From Pocillopora damicornis (Eukaryota): 64,000 bases of DNA. This document shows, piece after piece, positions 40,383-53,200 of this stretch. Location of the stretch: positions 310,001 to 374,000 of the forward strand of contig NW_020845863.1 in the NCBI RefSeq assembly GCF_003704095.1, in the 5' to 3' direction. Within the stretch, counting starts at the first letter, position 1. Each line of letters begins with the position of its first letter. The notes below the pieces were generated by a model. It worked only from the letters and a program-made list of their open reading frames with translations. It did not search any database and was not told the origin of the DNA. The translations under genes and the position numbers were made by a program.

Positions 40383-40693
40383 TCTAAGAGTAATTCTGCA
40401 TGCACGATAGTAAAACTGAATCGAAACATTCCACGTGGCCGCTTAGAAAAAAGAAAGATACGAGAGTTATCATATGATTTTTGCCACTGTGCGATTTACT
40501 TATATTTTCCTTCACCTATGACGTTTGGGATAATGGATCACGATAATGACATAACACTGAGCTTCTGCTCGCTTTGTAGGACGTGATTCCAAATACAGCT
40601 GTGACGTTTTTGTTCGACATTGAATTAATGCTTTTTTCCTATGCATATTATTTCTTTAGACTTCCTCGATAAAGTCCACAGTGAGGCTCTCGT
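40383..40693. repeat. Diverged direct repeat of 57465-57728
   Basis: Shared TCTAAGAGTAATTCTGC, ATAATGGATCAYGATAAYGACATAACACTGAGCTTCTG, TTGTAGGAC, GTGACGTTTTTGT, ATGCATATTA, ACAGTGAG. Confidence 0.85.
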
Positions 40694-40749
40694 CTTACCT
40701 ACCTATCATGACAGAGAGATCAATTCGTGGTAGCTTGATACTTCTGGTA

Positions 40750-41400
40750 TCTATTGACACGTAGTCAAGCAGTTCCTTTTGATCTCGCAACCATGTTTCA
40801 CTAAGTAGAGCAACATCCAATGTACATGTCTTCATCGTAAGTAGAAACTCTTTGAAGGTTGACGTCATTGCTTGAGTATTCAGATGCATGACTTTAAGAT
40901 TACTGCAGTTGGAGCTGAGGATTTCTTGACTATTATCAACCAAGATTTCATCAAGAAAAGTGTCAGTGGTTGTCCAACTCAGAGCATGTGTGGAAAGGCA
41001 GTAAGGATACTAAACACTGGCCACATGTCCATGTCAGTGGTGTGTCGGCACGACCTTGTTTTACGTTAAAGCTAGCGACTCCAGAACAGCGAGCATGTGT
41101 TAATGACATGCAGACCTCGCAAAGGACACGCTTCTGATTTTTCCGAACTGTTTTCTCAAAAAAAGGACAAATAGCAGCAAAAATGTTGCGGTTACTCATT
41201 CTTTTATTTTTGGACGTGTCAGGAGTTGGGCCGGGATTTGATGCAATATCTCCAGCAGACATTAACAGCTAATAGGTAACCACACTATTCGGACGATATG
41301 TTATTCTCGACGCATGTCTCTTGGCCCTTTTAGCGCCCGAAATAGCGCCATTTACTTTACCGCTAACAAACCCCGCCTACGGACACACATGGGAAAGTGA
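40750..41400 (-). mobile_element. 5' fragment of a CR1/L2-group LINE: 2A-like peptide, PHD finger and APE N-terminus (degenerate)
   Basis: LLMSAGDIASNPGP; PHD-like C..(F)..CEVC...HARC...WTCGQC; frameshifted APE motifs LKVMHLNTQ and LLSETWL. Confidence 0.8.
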
Positions 41401-41459
41401 CATAGCCCACTGTATTACAGAATAAACAATAGTATTCTATACGATGGCTCAGGAGGCTC

Positions 41460-41605
41460 ACAGTCCAGTTTTATTTTTTCACAGTCCAGTTGTATTTTTT
41501 TCACAGTCCAGTTTAATTTTTCCACAGTCCAGTTTTTTTTTTTACAGTCCAGTTTTACTTTTTTACAGTCCAGTTTTATTTTTACACAGTCCAGTTTTAA
41601 TTTTT
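41460..41605. repeat. About 21-bp minisatellite, 7 copies (probably subterminal repeat of the adjacent transposon)
   Basis: ACAGTCCAG plus T-rich spacer repeated 7 times. Confidence 0.9.
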
Positions 41606-41759
41606 AATTTGGTTACCAGCTCTCTATATTGAGACGCAACCGCTATACGCATGCTCACGTGCTGTGAAAGCTGGCTTTTGGCGGGAATTTTAACACTACC
41701 AGTTTGTCTTACCTGATTCACGAAGTGAAGAGATGCCTTTGCCAATATATACGCCATGT

Positions 41760-42548
41760 ATAAGAGTAAATGACGGATCCGCTGAAGATTATCTGGAGCT
41801 TATATCACAATATTTCAGACAAGACTACAATAATCTGGAAATATTTGAATTTCTGAAGCTCCATGGGGTGAGCTTTAGTTTATCAACTCTGAAGAGAAGG
41901 CTTGCCTCTTTAGGATTATCAAGAAAAACTAACATCTCTGATGATGAACTGAGAAGTGCCATTGAGAAGGAACTTGGTAAAAGTGGTTGTTTTGTGGGAT
42001 GATGCAAGACGTGGGCAAGGATAAGAAAGAGGGGAATTGTAGTCAAAAGAGCAAGAGCAGTGACTCTTTTGAAGGAACTTGATCCCGACGGTGTAGAAAC
42101 CTGGTGAAAGAAAAGGTTACGTCGTCGTGCATATCATACAAAAGAGGCAAATTTTATTTGGCATATTGATGGCCACGATTAATTAAAGCCATTCGGGTTC
42201 AGCGCACATGGCTGTGCTGATGGTTTCTCTCGAAGGCTTCTCTGGCTGGAGTTAGGCTCCACAAATAAGAATTCAGAAGTGATTGCCAAGTTCTACCTGG
42301 ACACCGTGAAACAGTTAGGTGGTATACCCCGGAAGATCAGATCGGATGATGGGACTGAAAAAAGTGTGATTGAGGTACTTCATACTTTCCTTAGGTCATC
42401 CCATGCTGATAAAAATGCTGGCCCCAAATGTTTTAATATTGGCAGATCCACAGCTAATCAAAGAATTGAATCCTACGGGTCACAATTCGTAAGGGATGGT
42501 CCTGGTTGGTGGATCAATTTCTTCAAAGATTTGTCCGACATAGGTTTG
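41760..42548 (+). mobile_element. IS3EU-type DDE transposase pseudogene (HTH plus integrase core)
   Basis: One frame with stops at 42000, 42105 and 42180: SLSTLKRRL..LGL, ELDPDGV, RLRRRAY, WHIDGHD*LKPFGF..HGCADGFSRRLLWL, IRSDDGTE, GRSTANQRIE. Confidence 0.82.
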
Positions 42549-42719
42549 CTGCGTTGTAAATGAAGATTGCAATATGTATGAGTGCATAACTTAACCAGGT
42601 TCCTAAGGGTTCTTATTATGATTAATATTATTAAAGGGCCCCTCCAGGGATTTTGTTGCTAATTTACCCTTTCAGGCTCCAAAGGCCTTGTTTTGGGATT
42701 TTGGTACGGTTTACAGTTG

Positions 42720-43113
42720 TAGGTAAGAGTGGGTCTATCCTTTTCTAATGCTTGCCGCATTGCCTCTTCAGTTGCGCTATTCGTTTTAGCAAGTTTAGTT
42801 TTTTAGTTTTTATCTCTCGTATTTTGTCCATTATTTTCTTTGTGGCTTGTTTTTTTCGATGTTTTTCGCTTTGTTGATTTTGTTTTTTGTCATCTTTTTA
42901 TTAACACCACTTTCTGCTCTTTCACGTGATTTTGTATCTTATTCATTAGTTGTCACCTGTAATTACGTGATCACTAGCACCTCGATCTTATTTAAAGCTT
43001 TTTTTTATTCAAAAGTTGTAAATAACTGAAGAAGGTCTCTGACCGAAACGTTTTCATTAAATTTTTTATCTTTTTTACGACAGAAGTTGTCCATCCTCGC
43101 ATTTTTTTAACTC
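42720..43113 (+). mobile_element. Penelope-like terminal repeat fragment with hammerhead motif (43022-43058)
   Basis: T-rich segment ending in CTGAAGA-A-GGTC(TCT)GACC-GAAACGTT followed by ATTAAA; sits 3' of the truncated transposase. Confidence 0.55.
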
Positions 43114-43822
43114 NNNNNNNNNNNNNNNNNNNNNNNNNNNNNNNNNNNNNNNNNNNNNNNNNNNNNNNNNNNNNNNNNNNNNNNNNNNNNNNNNNNNNNN
43201 NNNNNNNNNNNNNNNNNNNNNNNNNNNNNNNNNNNNNNNNNNNNNNNNNNNNNNNNNNNNNNNNNNNNNNNNNNNNNNNNNNNCACATATTCACACATAC
43301 ACAGGTTGGAACAGGAAACCATCTGGTATACCCACAAATTTTGGGTTTATGGAGAGTAAAAAGAATTATAACATCATCAGCTCTTCTACCAACTTTGGCT
43401 ACATGAAAAAGGCCTTTAAACTACAGAGGTAAAGGTTCGTTAATCAATGTGGGCTGACCATGATAAAAGGTCTGAGGAGACCAATTGCCTAAATTGTCAA
43501 GTACAATGTAACCTTAGCTTTTCCTACAAATTTTGTAACTTGCTTGAAAAAGATGAATGATGAAACTATAACAGCAAAACAATGAAAACATACTTAAGAA
43601 GGGTTTCAATCTGAGGTATGTTGCATGGTGTATGTACTGTAGTATACACTATATTCCTATTTCAAAGAAAAATGAAAAACGTTGACTTTTAGATTACTTG
43701 GTGACAAAAACGACAAAACAAAGCATACAAATGAAACTGTTATCACAATTTTCAAATGAAAAAACACAGTACATCATTTTACCTGACTATCATGCAAACT
43801 ATACAGTTTATTCCTTTGTAAG

Positions 43823-44179
43823 TCACATTATGTCCATCTCCCAAATATCCTTTTCCAAAATGTTGTTGAACTGCTCTCTCAGCTCAAAAAAATTGGAATA
43901 AATGGAAGGCAGTTCCAAGAGAGGTCCACATGTGTGAGCAATGGGCCTACAAGCAGCACCTTCAAATTTCGTGAACGTGACTTCAAGCTTGTTGGCAATC
44001 AAGACATCTGATGCAGTTGTGAATCTTAGGAATTGAATAAGCTTACCATTGTCTAAACCTCCTATATAACGTTGCAGAAATTTCAGAGCATCGCGTTCTA
44101 CATCTGTGTTTGGCTGTGCTACTAAGGTTTCTAGAACTTTCTTGTTTGTTGGGTTTAATGTATCATATAGGCCTTGAAT
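43823..44179 (-). CDS. HECT E3 ubiquitin ligase C-terminal lobe (5'-truncated fragment, absent from the ORF track)
   Basis: Stop-free frame ...LKFLQRYIGGLDNGKLIQFLRFTTASDVL...CRPIAHTCGPLLELPSIYSNFFELREQFNNILEKDIWEMDIM*. It has the HECT motifs FLRFTT and PxAHTC. AATAAA at 43807-43812. Confidence 0.8.
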   Translation of the reverse strand: MQGLYDTLNPTNKKVLETLVAQPNTDVERDALKFLQRYIGGLDNGKLIQFLRFTTASDVLIANKLEVTFTKFEGAACRPIAHTCGPLLELPSIYSNFFELREQFNNILEKDIWEMDIM

Positions 44180-44199
44180 GCTACATGTAATGTATGTGC

Positions 44200-46452
44200 C
44201 ATGTTGGCTGCACGCTTTTTTCTAAGGCTCTGTTCTATCCTATGTTTTCTCGATTTTCCTGCGTTGTGGCTGGGGAGGTTCGATTACCATCCGAGCCAAA
44301 ACAAAGATCACCAGATTCCTGACGACCATACGGGGGTTTTACGACACGATAGCTCAATTCCTACGCGATTTTTTGCTGTGACCCTTAAAGTGGTTTTCGA
44401 GCGTAACGAGGGTGAAACTAATTCGAACTTGAACCTTCCTATTAGCAGAACTACAAGACATGGTACCACCGTCTTGGCTCTTCCTAGCCGAGTTTTCTGG
44501 ATGTACTTGACTCTCCATATGGATATAGAGGCTAACCCTGGCCCGGAGGAAGACGCAGTTGCGACAAGAAGAAAAAGTTCACTGGAACCGTATTTAAATT
44601 ATTGCCACCACAACAATAGCCTATTCAAGGAATGAATTACTCAATCTCAGATCGAAAGATTCCATCTCTCAAGACCTCTTACGTCTGCCTAAGAACCAGG
44701 ACATCTTCAAAAGCAGGGGAGACCGTGCCGGAGTTTCATTCCGAAACAAGATTTTCAATATCCCCACATGTTATAGGCCTAAGNNNNNNNNNNNNNNNNN
44801 NNNNNNNNNNNNNNNNNNNNNNNNNNNNNNNNNNNNNNNNNNNNNNNNNNNNNNNNNNNNNNNNNNNNNNNNNNNNNNNNNNNGCGGAGAGCAGAGCGTT
44901 AAACAATTTCTCGTCTGAAATGAATCTTCAACAACTCTAGCTACAACGAAGTCCCTGCTCAATGTTATTTTGGTGTCCTGCCCTCAGTCGGTACATGGTA
45001 GCGGCGTGATCAACTACTCCATCAGTGATCACCTGCCAATTTTTGTAGAGCTTAAGGTGAAAGCACCCAAGCCTTCACCCCACTACATAACAGCACGTAG
45101 TTATAAGAACTATGAGCCGAGCGCATTTACTGCTGATCTTGCTAACCAATCAGACCAGCTCTTGTCCATCTTTAGCTGCGGTGATGTGGATACCAAACCT
45201 AACATTCTCAATGATGTTGTTGGAAGCACGTTAGACTTGCATGCTCCCGTCAGAACAACCAGGATTCGCCATCGCCCTTGTCCATTTGTATCAAGAGGCA
45301 TTAAACAACTCATGAAAACAAGAGACCTACTTCACCGCAATTTTTTTCAGTCTCGTGACCCCTCGGATTGGAGTAAATATAAAGAATCCAGGGATACCAT
45401 CAAAGAAATACTGAGAGAAACAGAGCGGAATTATACTTTTCTTGAAGTTCAACAAAACAACAGCAATCCTAGTTCACTCTGGAAAGTAATCAATCGCGTT
45501 ATTCCATCAAAGAACAAAAAGCCTCAACGAGTTTATACCAAAGACCTGAAGACAGTCGCCGATGAGTTTAATGTGTTTTTTACGTCAGTTGGTAAGACTG
45601 AAGCCCTCGCTGCTAGTCATCTTGCAGAAATTAATAACATCACTTGGTCAGAGCAGCAGTTACCATCACCGCCTGCTGGAGATCTTTTTGACTTTAAGCG
45701 TGTGTCGTGTGAAGAGGTGCGACGCATTATTTCATCTTTGCCGCTAAACAAGTCTCCAGGCCCTGACAAAATACATACCCGAGTTTACAGGGATTGTCTT
45801 CCTGTCATCTTGGGTCCCCTTACGGAGATTATAAACTCTTCTCTCGGGTCTGCTAAGTATCCCGATGCGTGGAAATTCGCGGAAGTGATTCCTTTACTTA
45901 AGGAAGGGGACCATGAAGTAGTCTCAAATAATCGGCCCCTGTCACTACTTGCTGTTGCTTCTAAGATATGTGACAAGGTTGTTTTCAATCAGTTTAGCGC
46001 ATATCTTTTTAGCAACGGTAGACTCTCTTCTCACCAGAGTGGAAATAAGAAACTTCATTCGACCAAGACTTTAAGCCTCTTCATGGCAGACCACCTCCTG
46101 GAGGCAATGGACAAGAAGAACTTAACCACTTTGACCCTGTTAGACCTTTCGAAGGCTTTCGACAGCTTGAATCATAATAAACTGCTTGCTAAACTCTCGT
46201 CCGTCGGAGCTTCTCCGCATGTATTGAACTAGTTTAAAAGCTATCTAACGGGCCGATCACAGTCAGTTCGGATCAATTCCATCTTGTCAGATACCCTTCC
46301 TATCACCCACGGAGTCCCTCAGGGGGCAATTCTCTCACCATTGCTATTTTGCATTTATCTAAACGATCTGCCTTGCGCGCCTCAAGTGTGTGGTCTTGAA
46401 TCATATGTCGACGATTACAAGGTCTTCCTGTCCTTTTCTTTACCTGACGTAG
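44200..46452 (+). mobile_element. CR1/L2-group LINE (2A peptide, APE remnant, reverse transcriptase), degenerate and 3'-truncated
   Basis: DIEANPGP at 44522-44545; ISDH (APE end), KSPGPD, NNRPLSLL, LLDLSKAFD, GVPQGAILSP, YVDD. In-frame TAG at 46230 and a gap inside. Confidence 0.92.
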
Positions 46453-46539
46453 CACAAAAAGCACAGCTAAACAAAATCGTATCTTTTTCTTTTCTAATGC
46501 AGATTGAAATGCTCATTTTCATATTCCTTTTTACTCAAT

Positions 46540-46845
46540 GAGCTATCCTCTGCCGATGCAACAAGCTGAAGTTTGCAAACTCAAACCGCCAGACTTTGAG
46601 AACTCTGGATATTTTGGGTGAAAACCATGACAGCTATTTAAAGCGGACAAGAGAGAGGATTACGAAGGAAAATGAAGAATTTCACCTCCTCAAAGAGAAG
46701 ATCAAGAGTTTAAATAATGTGCATTCTTCTCATCTTTCTTCTGTGTCAACATGCTGTAATTGCAGTGGAGAATTGTCTGTACTGATGAAACATGCATTTG
46801 AGTCAGAGAAGTCCAGTCACCCTGGTTCAGACATTGTTTTCAAAC
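46540..46845 (+). mobile_element. Academ-like transposase fragment
   Basis: RCNKLKFANSNRQTLRTLDILGENHD...HPGSDIVF resembles Academ transposase N-terminal motifs and is convergent with the RecQ-like helicase. Confidence 0.5.
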
Positions 46846-47699
46846 TATATTTTATCATCAATTAGTTTTCAATTGGGCACAGATTGAAATAACTGTCACG
46901 GTTTAATAATAGTATATAATAATACACTAGCAATTATCATAACCAATGGCATTGTTATTGAAGTCAACATTATTAAATAAGTTTTATCCTAATTACCGAA
47001 CCTTTGTACCTCTCAAAATTAAATAAAAATAATTTTTAATAACCCTTTTTGCACCCACGGAAAATTGTTTAACAAAAAACTGAAGAGGTTACATTGTATA
47101 GCCATACATGTATGTCATGTAGTTCCACATTTCATTTTATTTGAACAGTTACTTATTATTGCTTGGCCACTGAGGCGCGGATCTACACTTGCTTCCACCA
47201 ATTCAAGGAAATCGGTCAGATTTTTCATCATAAATATGCTTTTACTAAAAAAACTTTCCAAGTTGAAATCTGGCCAATATCCCATCTGAATGATTTGGAA
47301 ATACAGGAGAGGAATTAAAGGAGTTAAAAATCCAAAACCTTGCCCGCGGGAGCCTTTGGCGCTCGTTCAGGAAATCAGTCAGTATTTATCCTAGATCCGT
47401 CCTGCCATTGTACGTTGTATGTAATGTAAGCTCTTTAGTTTTTGTTTCTATGGTACCTCTTATAATATTCTTCTGAATTTATTTACTTGTCACTTTTGAA
47501 AGCAAGATAAACAATATTTCCCAGCACCTGTTAATTCACCCTTGCCTCAGATTCTTTACATCAACATGGGCTACAAGTATTCCATGGTACAAAATGTTCA
47601 GTCACAGTTTGTTTATACTACATCATCCAAATTGATAGCCTGAACAGTTGCTAGTTCAGCTGAAGGAAGTTCTATTAATTGGGAATTACAAACAGGTTC

Positions 47700-49668
47700 T
47701 TGCTCTAATAAATAATTGTCTATTTGGGAAAGAGACAAATTATCTACAATCATCTCAAATAAGTCATCGTCTTAGAGAAATTCATTCCACTCATCAAAAA
47801 ACCCCTCGTCAAAATCATAGCCATTCTCCTCTAAAGGAGAAGGCTCAGATGACTGCATTCCTGTAGTCACATCATTAAAACCTTTGCTTATAACTTTCAG
47901 AATCTCCTGTGCATGACACATATCCCATATCTCTACAAATCTATAAACATCTGATAAACTGAAAATTGCATCCAGATTATCCAAAACTTGGGTGATTTCG
48001 TGCTCGGAGAATCCAAGCATAAATTGTAAATTTGTCCTCACATCACTATGAGCTGTTGTGTTCAACAGTTTGATAAGAATGGTCTTGTAGTATTGAACCA
48101 GGAGACCCTCAACAGTTTTCCTCTGCTCTGCATCCACTTGCCTTTTTCTAATTGATGCACCATTGTTTACTTTCTATTGAGAACAAGGATAAAATGCTAA
48201 AGCTCCACAATCAGGCAAACTGCATTCACAATCTGCAGCACATTTATCACAGCACAGATGCAGAACTTCGTGCTACCAAGTAATGCAGTTAAAGTGCTTG
48301 AGCAGATTTGTTTTTACATATCGTTTCATATAGCCATCAATATGGGCTAGAAGGATTCCATGGTACAAAATGTACACACAACTTTGAGTACCATCCCTGC
48401 CTGGTCTCCCAGTTTCCTGAATATAAGATTCCACATTTTGGCAGGTCCATAGTGAATGACTCTATGCACTCCCTTACAATCTTCCCCCATTCCGAAGGCA
48501 ATCGAGGCAATCAACAATTGAATAGTTCCATTTATTGACTGGAAGGAGAGAAGAATTTTCTCTTTGTTTGCAGATGGTGTGCAGGAGTGAAGCATTTCCA
48601 CAAGTGCATTTCCTGGATCATCATCAGTTCCACTATAAATATCCTTCCCAAAGATGCCTTTGATCATTCCGTATAAAACACTGTATTGCTTGATAGTCTG
48701 GCAATAAATAATGCTAATTTACCTTCCAATGTTAACTCTTCAACCAGCCACTCAAAATAGAACTCATGGTCAATATCTTTTTGCATACACTGCACAATGT
48801 AAGTTACGCATGGCTTGTTTGGGCCTTCTTCGACTTCAAATGGTTTCTCCCTAAGAAGGATGTTTAAAATTGTTTCTTTTTATCAAGTTATTCGCCTTTG
48901 CAGTCAAAGCAATCATGTTGGCATTTGGTGCTAATGATCACAGCTCGTGAAGTCGGCCATAACACTCACGCAATGCTGCCATTTTATTTTCCTCAATGTT
49001 CCCCTGCAATGTCTCCATGTATGTGAACTGTTAGTGGCTTGTGAGTGAGGAAAGAAAACATAAATTACTTTTAAAACAAAACAATACCAATGAAAACTTT
49101 TAAATTAAGATTGAATTCGTTTGAAATAAATCATTTTTTAAGAGTTTTACAGGAAAAGTATTGAAGAAACTGAACTTACAATGTTTCTAAGATAATTTTA
49201 GCAAAGAAGAATGGATAATTATTTTATATTATTGTTTAGTGTATGTGTTTGTTTCCCATTTTTACTCACATTTTTATTCAAATATAAGTGAAATTGTTTC
49301 TTTGAAAGTTTGAAACGTCTGTGATGGAAATCGCGATAAAACTCGGACTTACCAGTGCCGTAAAACATGAGGTTCATCGACAGCCACAACACAAAGTTTC
49401 TTCGAGTAGACATCATTACTCAACATACATAGCCAGCGCTGGTTCATAAGCCATGCTTCAGGTGAGCCATGGACAATTGAATATTCTCCTTCTCTATCTT
49501 TGCACGATCAACTTCAACGTTTGAAGAAATATTTACGACAGACAGACCAAGACTTCTCAAATACTTCACTTGATCTTCCATCAGACTAGCCAACAGAGAC
49601 ACAAAAATAACAGTATGACCGCTTTCATCGGAAATGTGGTCAAACACTAGCAGGAGAGCCTGGTATAT
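47700..49668 (-). pseudogene. Degenerate RecQ-like SF2 helicase, probably from an AcademH transposon
   Basis: SLMEDQV, GSPEAW, VAVDEPH..HW (intron 49004-49352), IALTA, IIYCQT, ASIAFGMGEDCKGVHRVIHYGP, YIQETGRPGRDG and a Cys-rich tail. Several frameshifts and stops. Confidence 0.8.
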
Positions 49669-50245
49669 TGGTGTCCGGTCGTTTCGATACAAAGTCGTTT
49701 CGCGATACAAACCATTTCGATACAAATCGAAGTCGATTCGTTAAAAACGTAAAGTCGATTCGATGCAAACTGATGTCGTTTCGATACAGAAGTAAACTCG
49801 AGAAAAGTTCTGTAAAAGTGTGTTTGTTTCCGTCTTTGATGTGTGGTGATTTGTTGTTTCCTATTCAAGCTAAAATTCGACTAACTGAGCGACTCGATCG
49901 ATCGACGTAGTTATAATACCCAGTTTTCGCGCGACTCGATTGAACGAGTTGTATTATTCAGTTTCCCCGTGGCCTAAAAGAACAAACTTTATTGAATATT
50001 TATTTAAATTGCTAACCCTCTATGTCGTTGTTGGTTCAGACGGATTTCATGAACACGCTCCTAGAGGACGGCCATGTGTTGCCTGTGATTCTGTTCCTGC
50101 CGACGTACTGCATTAACTGCTGGAGTTTCTGAGTCGATGTCATCTTCTGAAGCCGTGCATACATTGCAGGAATCTCCTCTGCTGGAGGGAACGGCAGGGC
50201 CATGACCTTTCTGATGAACGCGTACGATCCCTAGTCTTTGTTGCA
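49669..50245 (-). mobile_element. MULE/MuDR element end with degenerate transposase C-terminus (about 50010-50245)
   Basis: Minus frame FIRKVMALPFPPAEEIP...SVFMKSV*TNNDIEG* matches the MULE RTNNxxEGWH motif. Terminal GTCGTTTCGATACAAA-type repeats at 49669-49790 interrupt the helicase. Confidence 0.72.
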
Positions 50246-53200
50246 ATCCCCCTGAAGTTTCAAATCTTCCTGAAAAAAGGGTTCCAGTGTGTTTTATACA
50301 CTGATATCAGTTAGTTTAAAGCGTTTGGATTGGTTTATTCGCTGTCATTAAAACAATAGGGTAAAATATGTAAGTTTTTTAAAAACAATTAGTTTACGCG
50401 TCAATTGATACGATAATTTACAAACCCGCCTACTCACGCGCCAGAATAACTCCTGTTTCCTCCCGGGTCCGTTGCATCACCGACTTACACGACATTATTG
50501 ATAGTATTTGTGTTTCTTGATCGTAGGTATAATATGCGCTGTGGTTATAGAAAAAGTCTCAAATGTATTTATGTAAATCTCTGTTCTCAATAAATAAACT
50601 TAACCAAAACTTAGTCTCGTTTGCGTGTTCTCATTGTGTTGGAGGTTTGGGTACATGTGGAGGTTCACGGAGGTATGTGTTTGTTTTATTTACAACGGAG
50701 GTTTGTGTTCGCTCTAGTATGGTATTCTGNNNNNNNNNNNNNNNNNNNNNNNNNNNNNNNNNNNNNNNNNNNNNNNNNNNNNNNNNNNNNNNNNNNNNNN
50801 NNNNNNNNNNNNNNNNNNNNNNNNNNNNNGTGGCAGGGTATTCTGAAGCTTAGTAATCGCGCTACTAGCAGCAAAATAAGCAAAATCGAGGAGAAGAGGA
50901 AAAGAGTGAAAGCATGCAGCAGATTGGATGGGTGTGAGAGTGAACTTCATGGCTAAATGTTAGAGAGAGAGCATCATTTTCCGTCGAAATCGGCTGAGGT
51001 AAGAATAGTCATGTTGATGTTTTAACTTGAACCATGAGCTTTTCTATCTTTAGTCTCAAACTATAGGATGTCTGTCTTTCCTTCCTACGATCGCTGAAAC
51101 CGAAGCTAATTGATCTCGAAGCTGTGAACGGCCGTCTAGCTCTTTCGATAGGAATTACAACTGTTCAGTTAAAATAATCACGGGGCATTTTCCTTCGACT
51201 AAGCATGTTATTGTATGTTTCACCACCCTATTTGCACCCTGTTATATAAAATCTCAGCGACTCTTCCTTACATTTGGTTGACATGAGTTAAGAGTTGTTG
51301 CACATGCATGCATGTAAATGAAATTCACGCAAAAATTTAACCGCATGAAAGAGTTTTTCTACCATAGCGACTCTAGTGAATTCGACAATTTTCAGTTTCT
51401 TCAATCATGAAAGTCAGCGAACTTCTACTCCAAAATCTTCTCAAAATTACACGCCAACAATATCCGTTTTGGTGATCCAGTCGTTTACTGTTTACATTAG
51501 ATTATAGCTCACGAAATGCCTCCCTGGAAAATATCTGAACCTACCTACAAAGCCCTTTCAAGATACACGAAAACTTGCATAATGTCGTAGTACTTAACAC
51601 TTACAAAGCACTAAATTATTGAGATTAAAGACAAGTTAAGCCGAAGGAAAATATAAATTGGGCCAACCAAGTTCCTTCAAAAAAATAGAAAGTAATATCG
51701 ATTTTCTTTTGGTTACTGTAATAAAAATCGATCAGTATATTGGATTTTCGGTCAATACATTGAAAAATCGGAATCATTTTGATGGGTATTTACTGGCAGA
51801 AAGCCCGGTTTTATTTATTTATGCTACCCGTGGGCCGCCTTGAAGTACGCTTATATAAATATATGTCATTTTTCCTTGAAGCGGCTGGTCATCAACAGTC
51901 GTCAAGATAAGGTTAATAGCCTCAAGTTTTTGTTCCCAACGCAAATTCCTTCAACGACCATATCAATTCATTACACAAGAAACGAGCAGAAGGGCATCTT
52001 GCTGCGCATGTCCCGTAAATTTTAGTTCGATGCGAGAAACCGCTGGCATGTGCCTGTGTTGGTAATCGCGAAAGAAAAGAAGCAGGAAAATACTTCGGAA
52101 AACAACAATGGATCGAGTATTTGAGACAACTTTTCTCGTCATTTTTCCCGCTGTAACTTAGATGGAAGCGGCAAAGTCTTAAAATTGTTGTGTGGTATAT
52201 GGTAGGAAGTTCCCTTAAGGAACTTAAAAGATTTTGTTCTTACAATTTCCGCAATTTCTTTGGGAACATCCAGATTAGAGGCCGAATAGATAAGTTGCGA
52301 GATATCCACGGGCATGTCTTTTGATTTTTTTGGGAGATCAATGTAGATGATGTTATTTGTGAAGGATGCAAGTGGCCTGTCGAAGAGCACAAAAGAATTG
52401 GATGTTATACTTTTATCGTGTCATTGCTATCTCAACCTATCGTTGATCATTTTAAGTACTCACTTTCCTGTGGGCGTTTTTTAGAGCTTCAACTGTACTG
52501 CTAGTGCAACGTTCTTCCAATTTTAGCGAGAAATTACAGTTTACAGAAGTTTATGTTTTTTTTCAAGTGAATCCCAACCGGCGGGGCTGATTACTAAAAC
52601 AAAAAGGGCCAATGTCAAGTTAAGAAAGGTGAGACAACGTTAGTACTAGAGATACGGTCGTTACATGAAAGAGCTTGTTAGGAATGGAGGAATAATTATG
52701 GATTTTATCAGAGTAAGGAAAAGTCTTTTCAATCATTAGTCTTGGAAATATCATTAGATATGATCAATGATGCGGAGAAACTGTGAGTTAAAACAAGTGC
52801 TAGTTTGGGCTTCCAGTTGTAATATGAATAGTCAACTAAATCAATTATTTCCTAATCACATTCATTCTATCATTTCCACTGCACAAAAAAATCGTATACA
52901 CTCTTTTTAACCTTATTCTCCAACCCTTTAAATTACAAGAGTTATGTGACAATTTGATGGTCCGAAAAGACTCTTATTACATGCTCAACAATAAAGAACC
53001 AGTAAGGCTGATATTTAACAGTGAGGATAAAAAACAAAATATTTCCAAAAGTCTTTTTTTCCTGGGAACAATACTAAATAAGGTCAGATGAAACTAGTGT
53101 GAAGAGGTTCGTAGATCCCTTTAGGAAAACAGATGATTTACATCTATCAGATTTTAGAGAATTGAGACTTATCTCAAAAGGGGACTTTGACATTACATAA

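Noticed and set aside
41460-41605. CRISPR-like appearance of the ACAGTCCAG repeats
   Set aside because: Spacers are short T-runs rather than unique sequence; eukaryotic context with no cas genes.
52139-52390. 83-aa ORF with protein-like composition
   Set aside because: No recognisable motif or convincing splice context.
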